DNA of 64,000 bases from Methylococcaceae bacterium TMED69 (GTDB taxonomy: Bacteria; Pseudomonadota; Gammaproteobacteria; Ga0077536), in the NCBI GenBank assembly GCA_002170535.1, contig NHDW01000004.1, positions 395,673-459,672 on the forward strand, given 5' to 3'. The translations under genes and the position numbers were made by a program. The notes beneath the pieces were generated by a model that was not told where the DNA came from, made no database searches, and saw nothing but the letters and a program-made list of their open reading frames with translations. Position 1 is the stretch's first letter. Every line of letters begins with the position of its first letter. Positions 11,607 through 22,905 of the stretch are shown here, in pieces.

Positions 11607-12344
11607 GTGGTTATTAAGATATTTTGGTTTTATTTATTGTTAGCAGTTTTGATTGGAGGATGTTCCAGTTTTCAATTAGCAAAGAGACCTCACAACTTGT
11701 CTGAAAAATCTTCTGAATCTGAATATAGGGCGTTTTATGAAGTATTCGGCCAGCGATACTATCCTTTGACGAGTGCAATTGGGTTCACGCAAAAAGGACT
11801 AGCCTCTTGGTATGGCCCGAAATTTCATGGTAATAAAACATCTAATGGCGAAACGTTTGATATGTATAAAATGACTGCTGCCCATAAAACATTACCACTT
11901 CCTTCAAAAGTAAGGGTGACCAACTTAGAGAATGACAAACAGATAGTGGTGTGGGTAAATGATCGTGGTCCTTTTGTGAAAGGACGAATTATCGACTTGT
12001 CGTTTGCTGCTGCTAAGGCTTTAGAATTTGATAAGAAAGGCACCGAAATGGTAACTGTAGAGGTTTTGACAAGCCCTGTAGATAAGAATGACAATACGGC
12101 TTTACGCCTTTATCCAGGAAAAATTGTTTATCAATTAGGTGCGTTTAGAATAAAAAAAAATGCAGCTACGTTTAGAGAATTAAGTCTGTTGAAATTAAAT
12201 GGTGAATTTAAGCTCGATATTGTCGAAAATAATGATGGGCTCTTTAGGGTATGGCTGGTTTTGTCAAAAAATGAAAAATTATTAAATGATCCCTATAAAT
12301 TTTTTGAAGCCAGTGAAATTTCAGAATATAAGAGGGTCTACTGA
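11607..12344 (+). CDS. rlpA: Septal-ring lytic transglycosylase RlpA (lipoprotein)
   Basis: GTG start. There is a lipobox LIGGC, a DPBB core ASWYGPKFHGNKTSNGETFDMYKMTAAHKTLPLPSKVRVTNL and a SPOR-like C-terminus. Confidence 0.87.
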   Translation: MVIKIFWFYLLLAVLIGGCSSFQLAKRPHNLSEKSSESEYRAFYEVFGQRYYPLTSAIGFTQKGLASWYGPKFHGNKTSNGETFDMYKMTAAHKTLPLPSKVRVTNLENDKQIVVWVNDRGPFVKGRIIDLSFAAAKALEFDKKGTEMVTVEVLTSPVDKNDNTALRLYPGKIVYQLGAFRIKKNAATFRELSLLKLNGEFKLDIVENNDGLFRVWLVLSKNEKLLNDPYKFFEASEISEYKRVY

Positions 12345-12357
12345 TTGCAATAGCTAT

Positions 12358-13518
12358 ATGATTATTCAAAAAACAAAGTTTATTTTTATCTCATTTTTCC
12401 TTATTAGTTCCAATCTTTTGGCTTTGGATGATTTTATAAAGCCGCCTGAGCCCATTTTATCTGTAGGATCATTTATTCTTATAGATGCAAATACTGGCGC
12501 CGTTCTTGCTGAAAAAAATTCATCAATGAGGATCGAGCCAGCTAGTCTCGTAAAGATCATGACTACTTATGTTGCGGCCCATGCTTTAAAAGCTGGTCAT
12601 GTAAACTTAACAGACAACGCTATTGTTAGCGAGAAGGCATGGAGGATGGAAGGATCGAGGATGTTCATTGAAGTCGGTTCAGAAGTCTCTGTCGAGTCAT
12701 TATTGAATGGTATAATTATACAGTCTGGTAATGATGCCAGTGTAGCGCTAGCAGAGCATATTTACGGAACAGAGACTTCATTTGTTAGCCAGATGAATGT
12801 CTTCGCGGACAAGCTCGGACTAACAGAGACTAGTTTTGGAAATGTTACTGGCTTGCCAGGAAAAGACACTTATACAACCGCTAAAGATGTTGTGAATTTG
12901 TCTCAAAAGCTCATTTATGACTTTCCCGAAATCTATAAAAGGTTCAGCATAGAAACTTATACCTATAATAATATTGTACAAAGAAATCGAAACATTCTGC
13001 TCAGAAAAAGTAGATTTGTTGATGGAATAAAAACTGGATATACAGAATCCGCAGATTACTGTTTGGTGTCATCAGGGGATAACGGGTCGATTCGATTGAT
13101 AGCTGCGGTGATTGGCGCAAAGACTAATAAGGCTCGGTTTAGAGACACCAAAGCACTCTTGGACTATGGCTTTCGTTTTTTTGAATCAAAACGCTTATTT
13201 GAAAATTTTACTACTATAAAAAAGGTGAAGGTATGGGAAGGTGAGGATGATGAAATTGAGATAGGCTCATCGAAAGATATTTTTGCCCTAAGACCTGCTG
13301 GTTATTCTGAGCCAGTTGATTTTGATATTGTCATGAACAAAAAATTGAGAGCACCTATAAAAAAAGGCCAAAAAATAGGTAATATAGTGATTGAGAACTA
13401 TATTGGAAATAAAATGGTTTATGACCTTATTGCATTAGAGGATGTTGCAGAGGGTGGCTTCTTTAAGCGCATGATTGATAGCGTGTTAATTCTTTTTGAA
13501 GAAGATGAATATGAATGA
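12358..13518 (+). CDS. dacA: D-alanyl-D-alanine carboxypeptidase (PBP5/6 class)
   Basis: The ATG at 12358 gives a signal peptide. It carries SxxK (SLVKIM) and SGN (IQSGNDAS) motifs and a PBP5 C-terminal domain. It follows rlpA, as in other gammaproteobacteria. Confidence 0.9.
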   Translation: MIIQKTKFIFISFFLISSNLLALDDFIKPPEPILSVGSFILIDANTGAVLAEKNSSMRIEPASLVKIMTTYVAAHALKAGHVNLTDNAIVSEKAWRMEGSRMFIEVGSEVSVESLLNGIIIQSGNDASVALAEHIYGTETSFVSQMNVFADKLGLTETSFGNVTGLPGKDTYTTAKDVVNLSQKLIYDFPEIYKRFSIETYTYNNIVQRNRNILLRKSRFVDGIKTGYTESADYCLVSSGDNGSIRLIAAVIGAKTNKARFRDTKALLDYGFRFFESKRLFENFTTIKKVKVWEGEDDEIEIGSSKDIFALRPAGYSEPVDFDIVMNKKLRAPIKKGQKIGNIVIENYIGNKMVYDLIALEDVAEGGFFKRMIDSVLILFEEDEYE

Positions 13519-14344
13519 TATTTGTTATTTAAACGGAGAGTTTTTGAGTCTTGCGGATGCAAAGATTTCCGTACTTGATCGAGGTTTTATTTTTGGAGAG
13601 GGTCTTTACGAGGTGATGACGGCTGTGGAGTGTAACCTTTTACATTATAAAAATCATTTCAAGCGTTTGCGAGACGGTGCAAAAGATATGCAACTAGAGA
13701 TCCCGTTTTCCGACTCTGAGCTTTATTGTTTGATAAATGAGGTTCTTGCGCGTAATCATTTCGCTTGTTGCTCTGTTTATTTGCAATTTACAAAAGGTCC
13801 AGCACCACGCAATCATTTTTACCCATCTGAATATGTCCCGACACTATTTATAATGACGAGTCCATTTAAAATGCCAAGTTGCTTAGATGTTGTCAATGCC
13901 ATTTTATTGAAGGATATTCGTTGGCAAAAATGTAACGTGAAGTCTACCTCGCTCTATGCGAATACGTGGGCAAAAACTATGGCTAAAACATCTGGCGGAG
14001 AAGAAGCGATCTTTGAGAGGGAAGGTATTTTAACTGAGGGTGCGACATCAAATTTGTTTTTAGTATATGAGGATAGAGTTCTTACTCCTAAAGAAAATGA
14101 ATTTATCCTTTCTGGGGTAACCAGAGAATTAGTTTTAGAGATTTTAAGAAGAAAAAATATCAATTATGAGGAGACCGTGATTCCAACAGATAGTCTGTGG
14201 AGAGCCGACGAAGTATTGTTGACCAGCACTACAAAAGGAGTTGTTGCTGTTAAAGCAATTAATGGTAAACCAATTGGTAATGGGAAAAATTTTAATTTAG
14301 GAGTCGAAATATTTGAAGCTATGAAAGCTTTAAGTTTCACTTAG
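13505..14344 (+). CDS. dat: D-amino-acid (D-alanine) aminotransferase, fold-type IV PLP enzyme
   Basis: From my recollection of Bacillus Dat, the match is motif for motif: DRGFIFGEGLYEV, YLQFTKGPAPRNHFYP, DIRWQKCNVKSTSL (catalytic Lys), LTEGATSNLF and LLTSTTKGV. The start is ATG 13505 or 13511. Confidence 0.8.
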   Translation: MNMNDICYLNGEFLSLADAKISVLDRGFIFGEGLYEVMTAVECNLLHYKNHFKRLRDGAKDMQLEIPFSDSELYCLINEVLARNHFACCSVYLQFTKGPAPRNHFYPSEYVPTLFIMTSPFKMPSCLDVVNAILLKDIRWQKCNVKSTSLYANTWAKTMAKTSGGEEAIFEREGILTEGATSNLFLVYEDRVLTPKENEFILSGVTRELVLEILRRKNINYEETVIPTDSLWRADEVLLTSTTKGVVAVKAINGKPIGNGKNFNLGVEIFEAMKALSFT

Positions 14345-15120
14345 CCCCTTAGTCCAACGCTTCTATGCATACAGATTAAGCATATAAAAAAAAGCACTAC
14401 AATTGACACGATCATCATTCCTATCGAAAAGTAAATATTAACGTCACTCACACCTATAAAACTGTACCTAAGTGCATTTACCATATAAAGAATAGGATTA
14501 ACGTGTGATAGGTCTTTCCAAAACGGAGGCAGCAGATTCACAGAATAGAAGATTCCACCCAGATAGGTTAATGGGGCTAATATAAAAGTGGGTATTACAG
14601 ATATGTCATCAAATTTTTTTGCAAAAATTGCATTAATAAAACCACAAATAGCAAATAACGCTGCCGTGAGAATTACCACCGTGATTGCTATGCCGACATG
14701 TTGTATATAAATATCGGTAAAGCAACCCGCAACCGCGGTAACTATTATCCCTACAAGTGCACCACGGCAGATTCCGCCACAGACGTAACCAGCTAAGATG
14801 ACCCCGTTGGGTGTCGGTGACACTAGCATCTCTTCGATATGTCTTTGAAATTTTGCCCCAAAAAACGACGACACAACATTATTGTATGAATTTGTTATTA
14901 TCGACATCATAATTATACCAGGGGCGATATATGAAACGTAATCGTGCCCCTCCATCGTCCCGACACGCGAACCTATGACACCACCAAATATAACAAAATA
15001 AAGAGCCATGGTAATAGCGGGTGGGAATAGGGTCTGAAGCCAAATACGTAAAAATCTCTTCAATTCTTTCGAAAAGATAGTATAAAAACTTATGAGCCAA
15101 GATCTGTAAAGTTCTTTCAT
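14341..15120 (-). CDS. ABC-2 type transporter permease (YadH-like)
   Basis: 259-aa protein with six predicted TM segments. It lies immediately downstream of an ABC ATPase on the same strand. Confidence 0.85.
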   Translation of the reverse strand: MKELYRSWLISFYTIFSKELKRFLRIWLQTLFPPAITMALYFVIFGGVIGSRVGTMEGHDYVSYIAPGIIMMSIITNSYNNVVSSFFGAKFQRHIEEMLVSPTPNGVILAGYVCGGICRGALVGIIVTAVAGCFTDIYIQHVGIAITVVILTAALFAICGFINAIFAKKFDDISVIPTFILAPLTYLGGIFYSVNLLPPFWKDLSHVNPILYMVNALRYSFIGVSDVNIYFSIGMMIVSIVVLFFICLICMHRSVGLRG

Positions 15121-15130
15121 AGAAATCTTC

Positions 15131-16045
15131 CTAAGAAGTGGATATTAGGTCTAAAAAAAGTTTTTCAAGTCGATTGTTTTTATTTCTCATGCTTCTAATG
15201 CCGATACCTTTATCAGATAATTTCACAAACAAGGAGTTAAGGCTTTTCTCCTTTTTATTGATATTAATCTCTATTTGATGCTTATCGATCGCCTTTAATT
15301 CGGGGAAATCTGCGATTTGTGCGTCTGTTACTTCGTCCTCTAAATCCAAAATATAACTCTCAGAATCCAACTGAGAGAGGAGTGTCCGAAGTGAGGTGTC
15401 TTCTATCAAATGGCCGGAATTGATAATGCCGATGTTTCTACAGAGAATTTCTACTTCTTCCAGATTATGAGTTGTGAGGATAATAGTTGTACCGAGACTA
15501 TTGAGTTCCTTAAGGAAACTCCATATTGAGTGTCTGATTTCGATATCAACCCCAGCTGTTGGTTCGTCTAACAGAAGTAATTTTGGCTTATGCACTAATG
15601 CCCGAGCGATCATCAATCTCCTTTTCATACCGCCGGACAAATTACGAGACACCTCTTTTCTTCGATCTTCCAATCTGAGCTTCTCTAGTAATTCGTCCAA
15701 GCGCTCTCTAGCTAGTTTCTTTCGCATACCGTAAAAACCGGCTTGATTAAGTACTATGTCCTCTACAGTTTCGAATTGATTAAAGTTGAGTTCCTGAGGT
15801 GTGATCCCAATGAAGCTTTTAGCAAGAGCAAAGTTTTTATCAATATCCGTATTAAAAATTTTTACTGAGCCCGAGGTTTTTCTTATGAGTGAGCTTATAA
15901 TTCCTATAATAGTAGATTTACCAGCCCCATTAGGACCCAGTAAACCAAAGAAATCACCTTGGGCCACTTGTAAGTTGACCCCCTTTAATGCCTTAGTACC
16001 ATTAGTGTAGGTTTTTTTTAATGATCTTATATCTAACGCATTCAT
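15131..16045 (-). CDS. ABC transporter ATP-binding protein (YadG-like)
   Basis: It carries Walker A GPNGAGKST, the signature LSGGMKRRL and Walker B LLLLDEPT. Confidence 0.9.
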   Translation of the reverse strand: MNALDIRSLKKTYTNGTKALKGVNLQVAQGDFFGLLGPNGAGKSTIIGIISSLIRKTSGSVKIFNTDIDKNFALAKSFIGITPQELNFNQFETVEDIVLNQAGFYGMRKKLARERLDELLEKLRLEDRRKEVSRNLSGGMKRRLMIARALVHKPKLLLLDEPTAGVDIEIRHSIWSFLKELNSLGTTIILTTHNLEEVEILCRNIGIINSGHLIEDTSLRTLLSQLDSESYILDLEDEVTDAQIADFPELKAIDKHQIEININKKEKSLNSLFVKLSDKGIGIRSMRNKNNRLEKLFLDLISTS

Positions 16046-16208
16046 ATGTCTTTATTCTTAAAATTATTGTTATATTATAGCATTACGATATAGATGTTTT
16101 AAACGAACAAATTTCGCTTGAATTTTAAGTATTCATTTTTAACAAAATGATTTTAATATTATATCGCCCGATAAGAAGTATAATAAAACCGAGTCTTTAT
16201 TTAGAGCC

Positions 16209-16817
16209 ATGAAAATAGTATCAAAACACCTCTATATTCAGGAATATCTAGCTTGTTATAAAAATATGCTAATCGAGGCGAAAAAAAGTCCGAGTTCACC
16301 AGATCAAATTTGGTCTTTAGAACATGAGCCAGTAATTACCCTAGGCAAGTCGGCAGATTTCTCAAATATCTTAAATTCCAAAGGATTGCCCATCGTGGAG
16401 ACCGACAGGGGTGGGAAGGCTACATACCATGGCCCGGGGCAACTGGTTTTGTATACAATCATAAATTATCGCCGTTCAAAATTGTCGCCTCGCATGCTAG
16501 TAACAAAACTTGAACAGTCGATGATTGAGTTTCTTGCCCTAAAAGGATTGACTGGCTCCAGGAAAGATGGAGCACCTGGTATCTATATTGATGGGAAGAA
16601 AATTGGATCTATAGGATTACGTTTCGGTAAAAATTTTAGTTACCATGGAATGGCTTTAAATGTGAATATGGATCTTTCTCCTTTTAATCACATACATACC
16701 TGTGGATATAGGGATTTAGAGGTAACTCAACTGGCAAATTTCAACTTAAATATGGGCGTGATAGAATGCGCGACGGAACTTCGTTCAATTTTGATAAACC
16801 TGATATATAATCATTAA
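16209..16817 (+). CDS. lipB: Octanoyltransferase LipB
   Basis: 202 aa with the RGGKATYHGPGQLV motif. It lies upstream of lipA. Confidence 0.92.
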   Translation: MKIVSKHLYIQEYLACYKNMLIEAKKSPSSPDQIWSLEHEPVITLGKSADFSNILNSKGLPIVETDRGGKATYHGPGQLVLYTIINYRRSKLSPRMLVTKLEQSMIEFLALKGLTGSRKDGAPGIYIDGKKIGSIGLRFGKNFSYHGMALNVNMDLSPFNHIHTCGYRDLEVTQLANFNLNMGVIECATELRSILINLIYNH

Positions 16818-16852
16818 AAATATTTAACAAATTTACGAAGTACAAGAAACAA

Positions 16853-17794
16853 ATGGAAAATAACGTCGATAGCCCGAAAAAAGAAGACCGGGGAGTGAAC
16901 AAAGTTTCAAAAATCCCAGTGAAAATTATAAAAGCTCCCTCGCCTGCCAAACCAAAATGGCTCAAGGTTAAAGCACCTACTGGTCATAAGGTAGAGGAAT
17001 TAAAAAATGTTCTTAGGCGTTCTAAACTAAATACAGTTTGTGAGCAGGCTGCTTGCCCTAATTTGGGCGATTGTTTCAATCGTGGTACAGCTACATTTAT
17101 GATCCTGGGTAATTTTTGTACGAGAAGATGTCCTTTTTGCGACGTTGCTCATGGTAGGCCTGCTCCTATTGATAAAGACGAACCCAAAAGGTTGGCAGAG
17201 TTAGCCGCTAATATGGCTTTGAAATATTTAGTTATTACGTCTGTGGATCGTGATGATCTAAAGGATGGTGGAGCCGGACATTTTTCGGACTGTGTACGCC
17301 AGATTAGAAACGCTGTTGATGATATTAAAATCGAAATTTTAGTACCTGATTTTCGTGGTCGCATGGAGAAAGCTCTGAATGCTTTGTCTTCTGATTTGCC
17401 AAATGTATTCAATCATAATATGGAGACCGTTAAATCTTTATATCGCCAAATTAGGCCTGGTGCAGATTATGAATGGTCATTGCAACTAATTAAATCCTTC
17501 AAAAATATCGCACCTGAGGTACCTACTAAATCTGGCATTATGCTCGGTTTTACCGAGACTAAAGATGAGATCAAACAAACTTTGTACGACTTGGTTGCGG
17601 CTGATTGCGATATGGTAACTATAGGGCAATACTTGCAACCTAGCCCGCATCATTTACCAGTCTCAAAATTTGTGCATCCTGAGGAATTTAGAGAATACGA
17701 AGAATTCGCTTTTGGCTTGGGTTTTAAAAGTGTTGCGAGTGGGCCTCTTGTTAGATCTTCCTATCACGCAGATGAGCAATCTAGTTCTTTTTGA
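16853..17794 (+). CDS. lipA: Lipoyl synthase (radical SAM)
   Basis: It has the N-terminal cluster motif CEQAACPNLGDC and the radical-SAM motif CTRRCPFC. Confidence 0.96.
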   Translation: MENNVDSPKKEDRGVNKVSKIPVKIIKAPSPAKPKWLKVKAPTGHKVEELKNVLRRSKLNTVCEQAACPNLGDCFNRGTATFMILGNFCTRRCPFCDVAHGRPAPIDKDEPKRLAELAANMALKYLVITSVDRDDLKDGGAGHFSDCVRQIRNAVDDIKIEILVPDFRGRMEKALNALSSDLPNVFNHNMETVKSLYRQIRPGADYEWSLQLIKSFKNIAPEVPTKSGIMLGFTETKDEIKQTLYDLVAADCDMVTIGQYLQPSPHHLPVSKFVHPEEFREYEEFAFGLGFKSVASGPLVRSSYHADEQSSSF

Positions 17795-19129
17795 TCATTC
17801 TATAATTTTTTCAATCTTTGAAATAACTTTACCTTTGTAAAAAGTTGTCGTTATCTTTGAGTCTGCTGTTTGAGTAGTCGAGTCACTGATAATATTATTG
17901 TTTTGGTCGTAAGTTATTGAATAACCGCGTTTTAAGATATTTCTTGGATTGTTGCTTTTTAAAACAGCAGATGCGGTTTGAGTCCTATGTCTGAGCAACT
18001 GAATTTCTTGGGCTAGTAGGCTTTTTAATATTATCTTTAATTCACAAATGGATTTAATGTTTTCTGTTATAAGATTATTAGGCTTAGTCTGAAGAAGCCT
18101 AGTATTTAAAAATGAAAGTTTTATATTTGCATTTTTAATTTTATTATTGATGACTTCATGAAGTTTTCGGAACAGCTCATCATTCAATTGCAAATTAACA
18201 AGTAATTTATTTTCAGGGCTTATAAGAGAGTTTTTAATGTCTTTAAGCCTGCCATATTGTTCTTTAAACAATAATTCAATGGCTCCTCTAAGTCTCATGT
18301 TAATATTATGAAAGATAGTAGTCGCTTGTCTCACGTCTGGCGATGCTAGCTCTGCTCCAGCTGATGGTGTGGAGGCTCTTATATCCGCTGCCATATCCGA
18401 AATTGTAAAGTCAGTTTCATGCCCAACGGCACTTAAAATAGGTATGTAAGACTGGGCGATAGCTCTTACGGTGCTTTCTTCGTTAAAGGGCCAAAGATCC
18501 TCAAGTGAACCTCCTCCCCGCGTTAGGATAAGAGTATCGCATTCATGTCTTTCGTTCGCTTTTTGAATGGCTTTAACAATTGTTGTTGACGCATTTTTGC
18601 CTTGGACTTGACATGGATAAATAATGACCGGTATTGAAGGAGATCTTCTGTTAATGACGGATAACACGTCTCTTATCGCGGCTCCAGTAGGGGAGGTGAC
18701 TATCCCAATCGCTCTTGGCCATTTGGAGATTGTTTTTTTTGAAGAGTTTTCAAAAAGACCCTCTTGGAGGAGTTTTTGCTTTAACTCTTCAAATTTTCTC
18801 CTTAAAAGACCCTCTCCTGCTGTCTCTAAATAATCAACAATGATTTGGTAGTCACCTCTAACTGTGTAAATGCTCGGCGATCCATGGATTATGATTTCTA
18901 ACCCATTTTTTAATGGTTCGTTTGTCGAAAGAACCCGATTTCTAAAAAGAGCACATTTAACTTGGGCATTTTTGTCTTTCAGAGAGAAATAAATATGACC
19001 TGAGGCTGGTTGGGCAAGATTTGAGATTTCCCCTTTCACAAAAATATTTTTTAGTTGGCCGCTTATAAGTCTATGGACACTCTCGTTCAACTCACCAACG
19101 GAAAAAATTTTTTGAGATTCGGATGGCAT
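17795..19129 (-). CDS. xseA: Exodeoxyribonuclease VII large subunit
   Basis: 444 aa with an N-terminal OB fold (VKGEISNLAQPASGHIYFSLKD), a catalytic core and a helical tail. It is divergent from guaBA, as in E. coli. Confidence 0.93.
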   Translation of the reverse strand: MPSESQKIFSVGELNESVHRLISGQLKNIFVKGEISNLAQPASGHIYFSLKDKNAQVKCALFRNRVLSTNEPLKNGLEIIIHGSPSIYTVRGDYQIIVDYLETAGEGLLRRKFEELKQKLLQEGLFENSSKKTISKWPRAIGIVTSPTGAAIRDVLSVINRRSPSIPVIIYPCQVQGKNASTTIVKAIQKANERHECDTLILTRGGGSLEDLWPFNEESTVRAIAQSYIPILSAVGHETDFTISDMAADIRASTPSAGAELASPDVRQATTIFHNINMRLRGAIELLFKEQYGRLKDIKNSLISPENKLLVNLQLNDELFRKLHEVINNKIKNANIKLSFLNTRLLQTKPNNLITENIKSICELKIILKSLLAQEIQLLRHRTQTASAVLKSNNPRNILKRGYSITYDQNNNIISDSTTQTADSKITTTFYKGKVISKIEKIIE

Positions 19130-19178
19130 TTTTTAATAACTTGCTAAATAATTTCTTTGACAGATTTACTGTCATTAG

Positions 19179-20687
<1,509 letters not shown>

Positions 20688-20699
20688 AATTCTAATCTA

Positions 20700-22253
20700 A
20701 TGACAAAAATCATTATAATTGACTTTGGTTCTCAATATACACAATTAATCGCTCGTAGAATTAGAGAGATGAATGTTTATTGTGAAATAATTTCTTGCAA
20801 TAGCGATTTAGCTGCTCTCGATGAAAAGGGTAATAATGGAATTATTTTATCCGGAGGTCCTGAAACAGTTGACGAACATTATGTGAATAAGTTTTCAGCT
20901 TTGTTTGAAGTAGGCTGTCCAGTGTTGGGTATTTGTTTTGGGATGCAATTGATGGCTCTCGCAGCAGGAGGGGTAGTTTCAAGCACTGTAAGGATGGAGT
21001 ATGGCCATGCTTCTTTAAGGGCACGAGGCCACTCAAAACTATTGGCGGATATTGAGGATAATGTTAACGAGGCAGGTCATGGATTGCTTGATGTTTGGAT
21101 GAGTCATGGGGATAGTGTGACTAAACTGCCGAGTGGCTTTAAATGTATCGCATCTACGACAACTACACCTATTGCTGGTATAGCGAATGAAGCTAGAGAT
21201 CATTACGGGTTACAGTTTCATCCTGAGGTAAAAAATACAACTAAAGGACTAGAAATTTTAAAACGTTTTTGCGTAGATTTGTGTGGATGTGAACGAGATT
21301 GGACTTCATCGAACTTTATTGATCGACGTGTAGAATCAATTAAAAATTTGGTAAAAACTGATAGCGTAGTCTTGGGCTTAAGTGGTGGTATCGACTCCTC
21401 AGTTACGGCGGCGTTAATTCACCTGGCAATTGGTGATAGATTAACATGTTTATTTGTAGATAACGGGCTTTTGAGAAAGGATGAAGCTTCAGCAGTTCTA
21501 GAAATATTTAAAAATCGAGGGCTAAAAATAAGATTGATAAACGCTAGAGAGATTTTCCTGAAAAAACTGGAAGGCGTTACTGAGCCCGAAGATAAAAGGA
21601 AGATTATTGGCAAAACTTTTATTGAAGTATTTGAACACGAGGCGCAGGCCTTGAAAAATATTAAGTGGTTAGCTCAGGGGACCATCTATCCAGATGTAAT
21701 CGAATCAGCAGGGGTTAAGGACGGTATGGGCCATGTGATTAAATCGCACCATAATGTAGGAGGGTTACCGGAGACAATGCGGCTTAGCCTTCTAGAGCCG
21801 ATTCGTAATCTATTTAAAGACGAGGTAAAGCGAATAGGTGAAGAGCTCGGCCTTCCAAAAAAACACATGTTGCGCCATCCTTTTCCTGGCCCAGGTCTGG
21901 CTGTGCGAATTCTGGGAGAAGTTACAAACGAAAAGTGTGAGATACTTAGAGAAGCCGACTCTATTTTTATAGACGAACTAGAAAAAGCGGATCTCTATAA
22001 TTCTGTTAGTCAAGCTTTTGTAGTATTTCTACCTATAAGATCAGTTGGAGTAAAAGGTGATGGTAGAGCTTATGAATACGTAGTTGCTTTGCGTGCAGTA
22101 ACCACCGATGATTATATGACTGCTAAATCTGCTGAACTTGATTTTTCATTTCTTAATGGTGTAGCTACTCGTATCGCAAATTCAATACCCAAGATTGCCC
22201 GTGTTGTTTACGATATAACAAGCAAACCGCCTGCAACTATAGAATGGGAATGA
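20700..22253 (+). CDS. guaA: GMP synthase (glutamine-hydrolysing)
   Basis: It has a GATase motif GICFGMQL, the PP-loop SGGIDSS and the C-terminal end PPATIEWE. Confidence 0.97.
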   Translation: MTKIIIIDFGSQYTQLIARRIREMNVYCEIISCNSDLAALDEKGNNGIILSGGPETVDEHYVNKFSALFEVGCPVLGICFGMQLMALAAGGVVSSTVRMEYGHASLRARGHSKLLADIEDNVNEAGHGLLDVWMSHGDSVTKLPSGFKCIASTTTTPIAGIANEARDHYGLQFHPEVKNTTKGLEILKRFCVDLCGCERDWTSSNFIDRRVESIKNLVKTDSVVLGLSGGIDSSVTAALIHLAIGDRLTCLFVDNGLLRKDEASAVLEIFKNRGLKIRLINAREIFLKKLEGVTEPEDKRKIIGKTFIEVFEHEAQALKNIKWLAQGTIYPDVIESAGVKDGMGHVIKSHHNVGGLPETMRLSLLEPIRNLFKDEVKRIGEELGLPKKHMLRHPFPGPGLAVRILGEVTNEKCEILREADSIFIDELEKADLYNSVSQAFVVFLPIRSVGVKGDGRAYEYVVALRAVTTDDYMTAKSAELDFSFLNGVATRIANSIPKIARVVYDITSKPPATIEWE

Positions 22254-22274
22254 AAGTTTTATACAGAAAAGACT

Positions 22275-22634
22275 CTAGAACAACATAATATCTTGCGGAT
22301 TTTCACAGTCTACTTCCATTATTAACTCTTTGAGCATACCGTAACTCATTTCTTTTGATGGAGAGATTTCTAAAAGACCTTCATCGCTTATTGCAAGTCC
22401 CGCATAAGGTTCTAATGCGTATTCAACATTTGCTTCGTGAAATTCTTCTTTTGTATACCATTTTTCCACTTTCATAAATGGAAACATAATGTTTTTACTT
22501 AAAACTCTATATTCATGAGTAGTACAGTTATATTCATAAGCGCCATATATTTGAACAACTACATCGGAGTTGCTGCAAGATGTTATGACAAAAGTAAATA
22601 GGAGCGCTAAAGAAACCTTTTTTAGTTTTTTCAT
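22275..22634 (-). CDS. Hypothetical lipoprotein
   Basis: 119 aa. It has a signal peptide ending in the lipobox ITSC. I recognised no family. Confidence 0.55.
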   Translation of the reverse strand: MKKLKKVSLALLFTFVITSCSNSDVVVQIYGAYEYNCTTHEYRVLSKNIMFPFMKVEKWYTKEEFHEANVEYALEPYAGLAISDEGLLEISPSKEMSYGMLKELIMEVDCENPQDIMLF

Positions 22635-22905
22635 AACAAAAAATATAAATCAATTTATAAATAGATGGTAATAATATATATTAAAATTTAAACTAACACA
22701 TAACCTACACGCTTTAAAAACAGTCACTGCAAGCATTGTAATATATGGCTTTTAAAAATTAGCACTACTGAGTGGGAGTAACATTTCTCATATTAAATGT
22801 TTTTTTAAGACGAACAAAGATTTCTGGGAATGAGTCAATTAATTTGCCACCCAAATCAAATATAGAGTAATCTTTATTTTAAAATATAGAATTATTGACT
22901 ATTTT

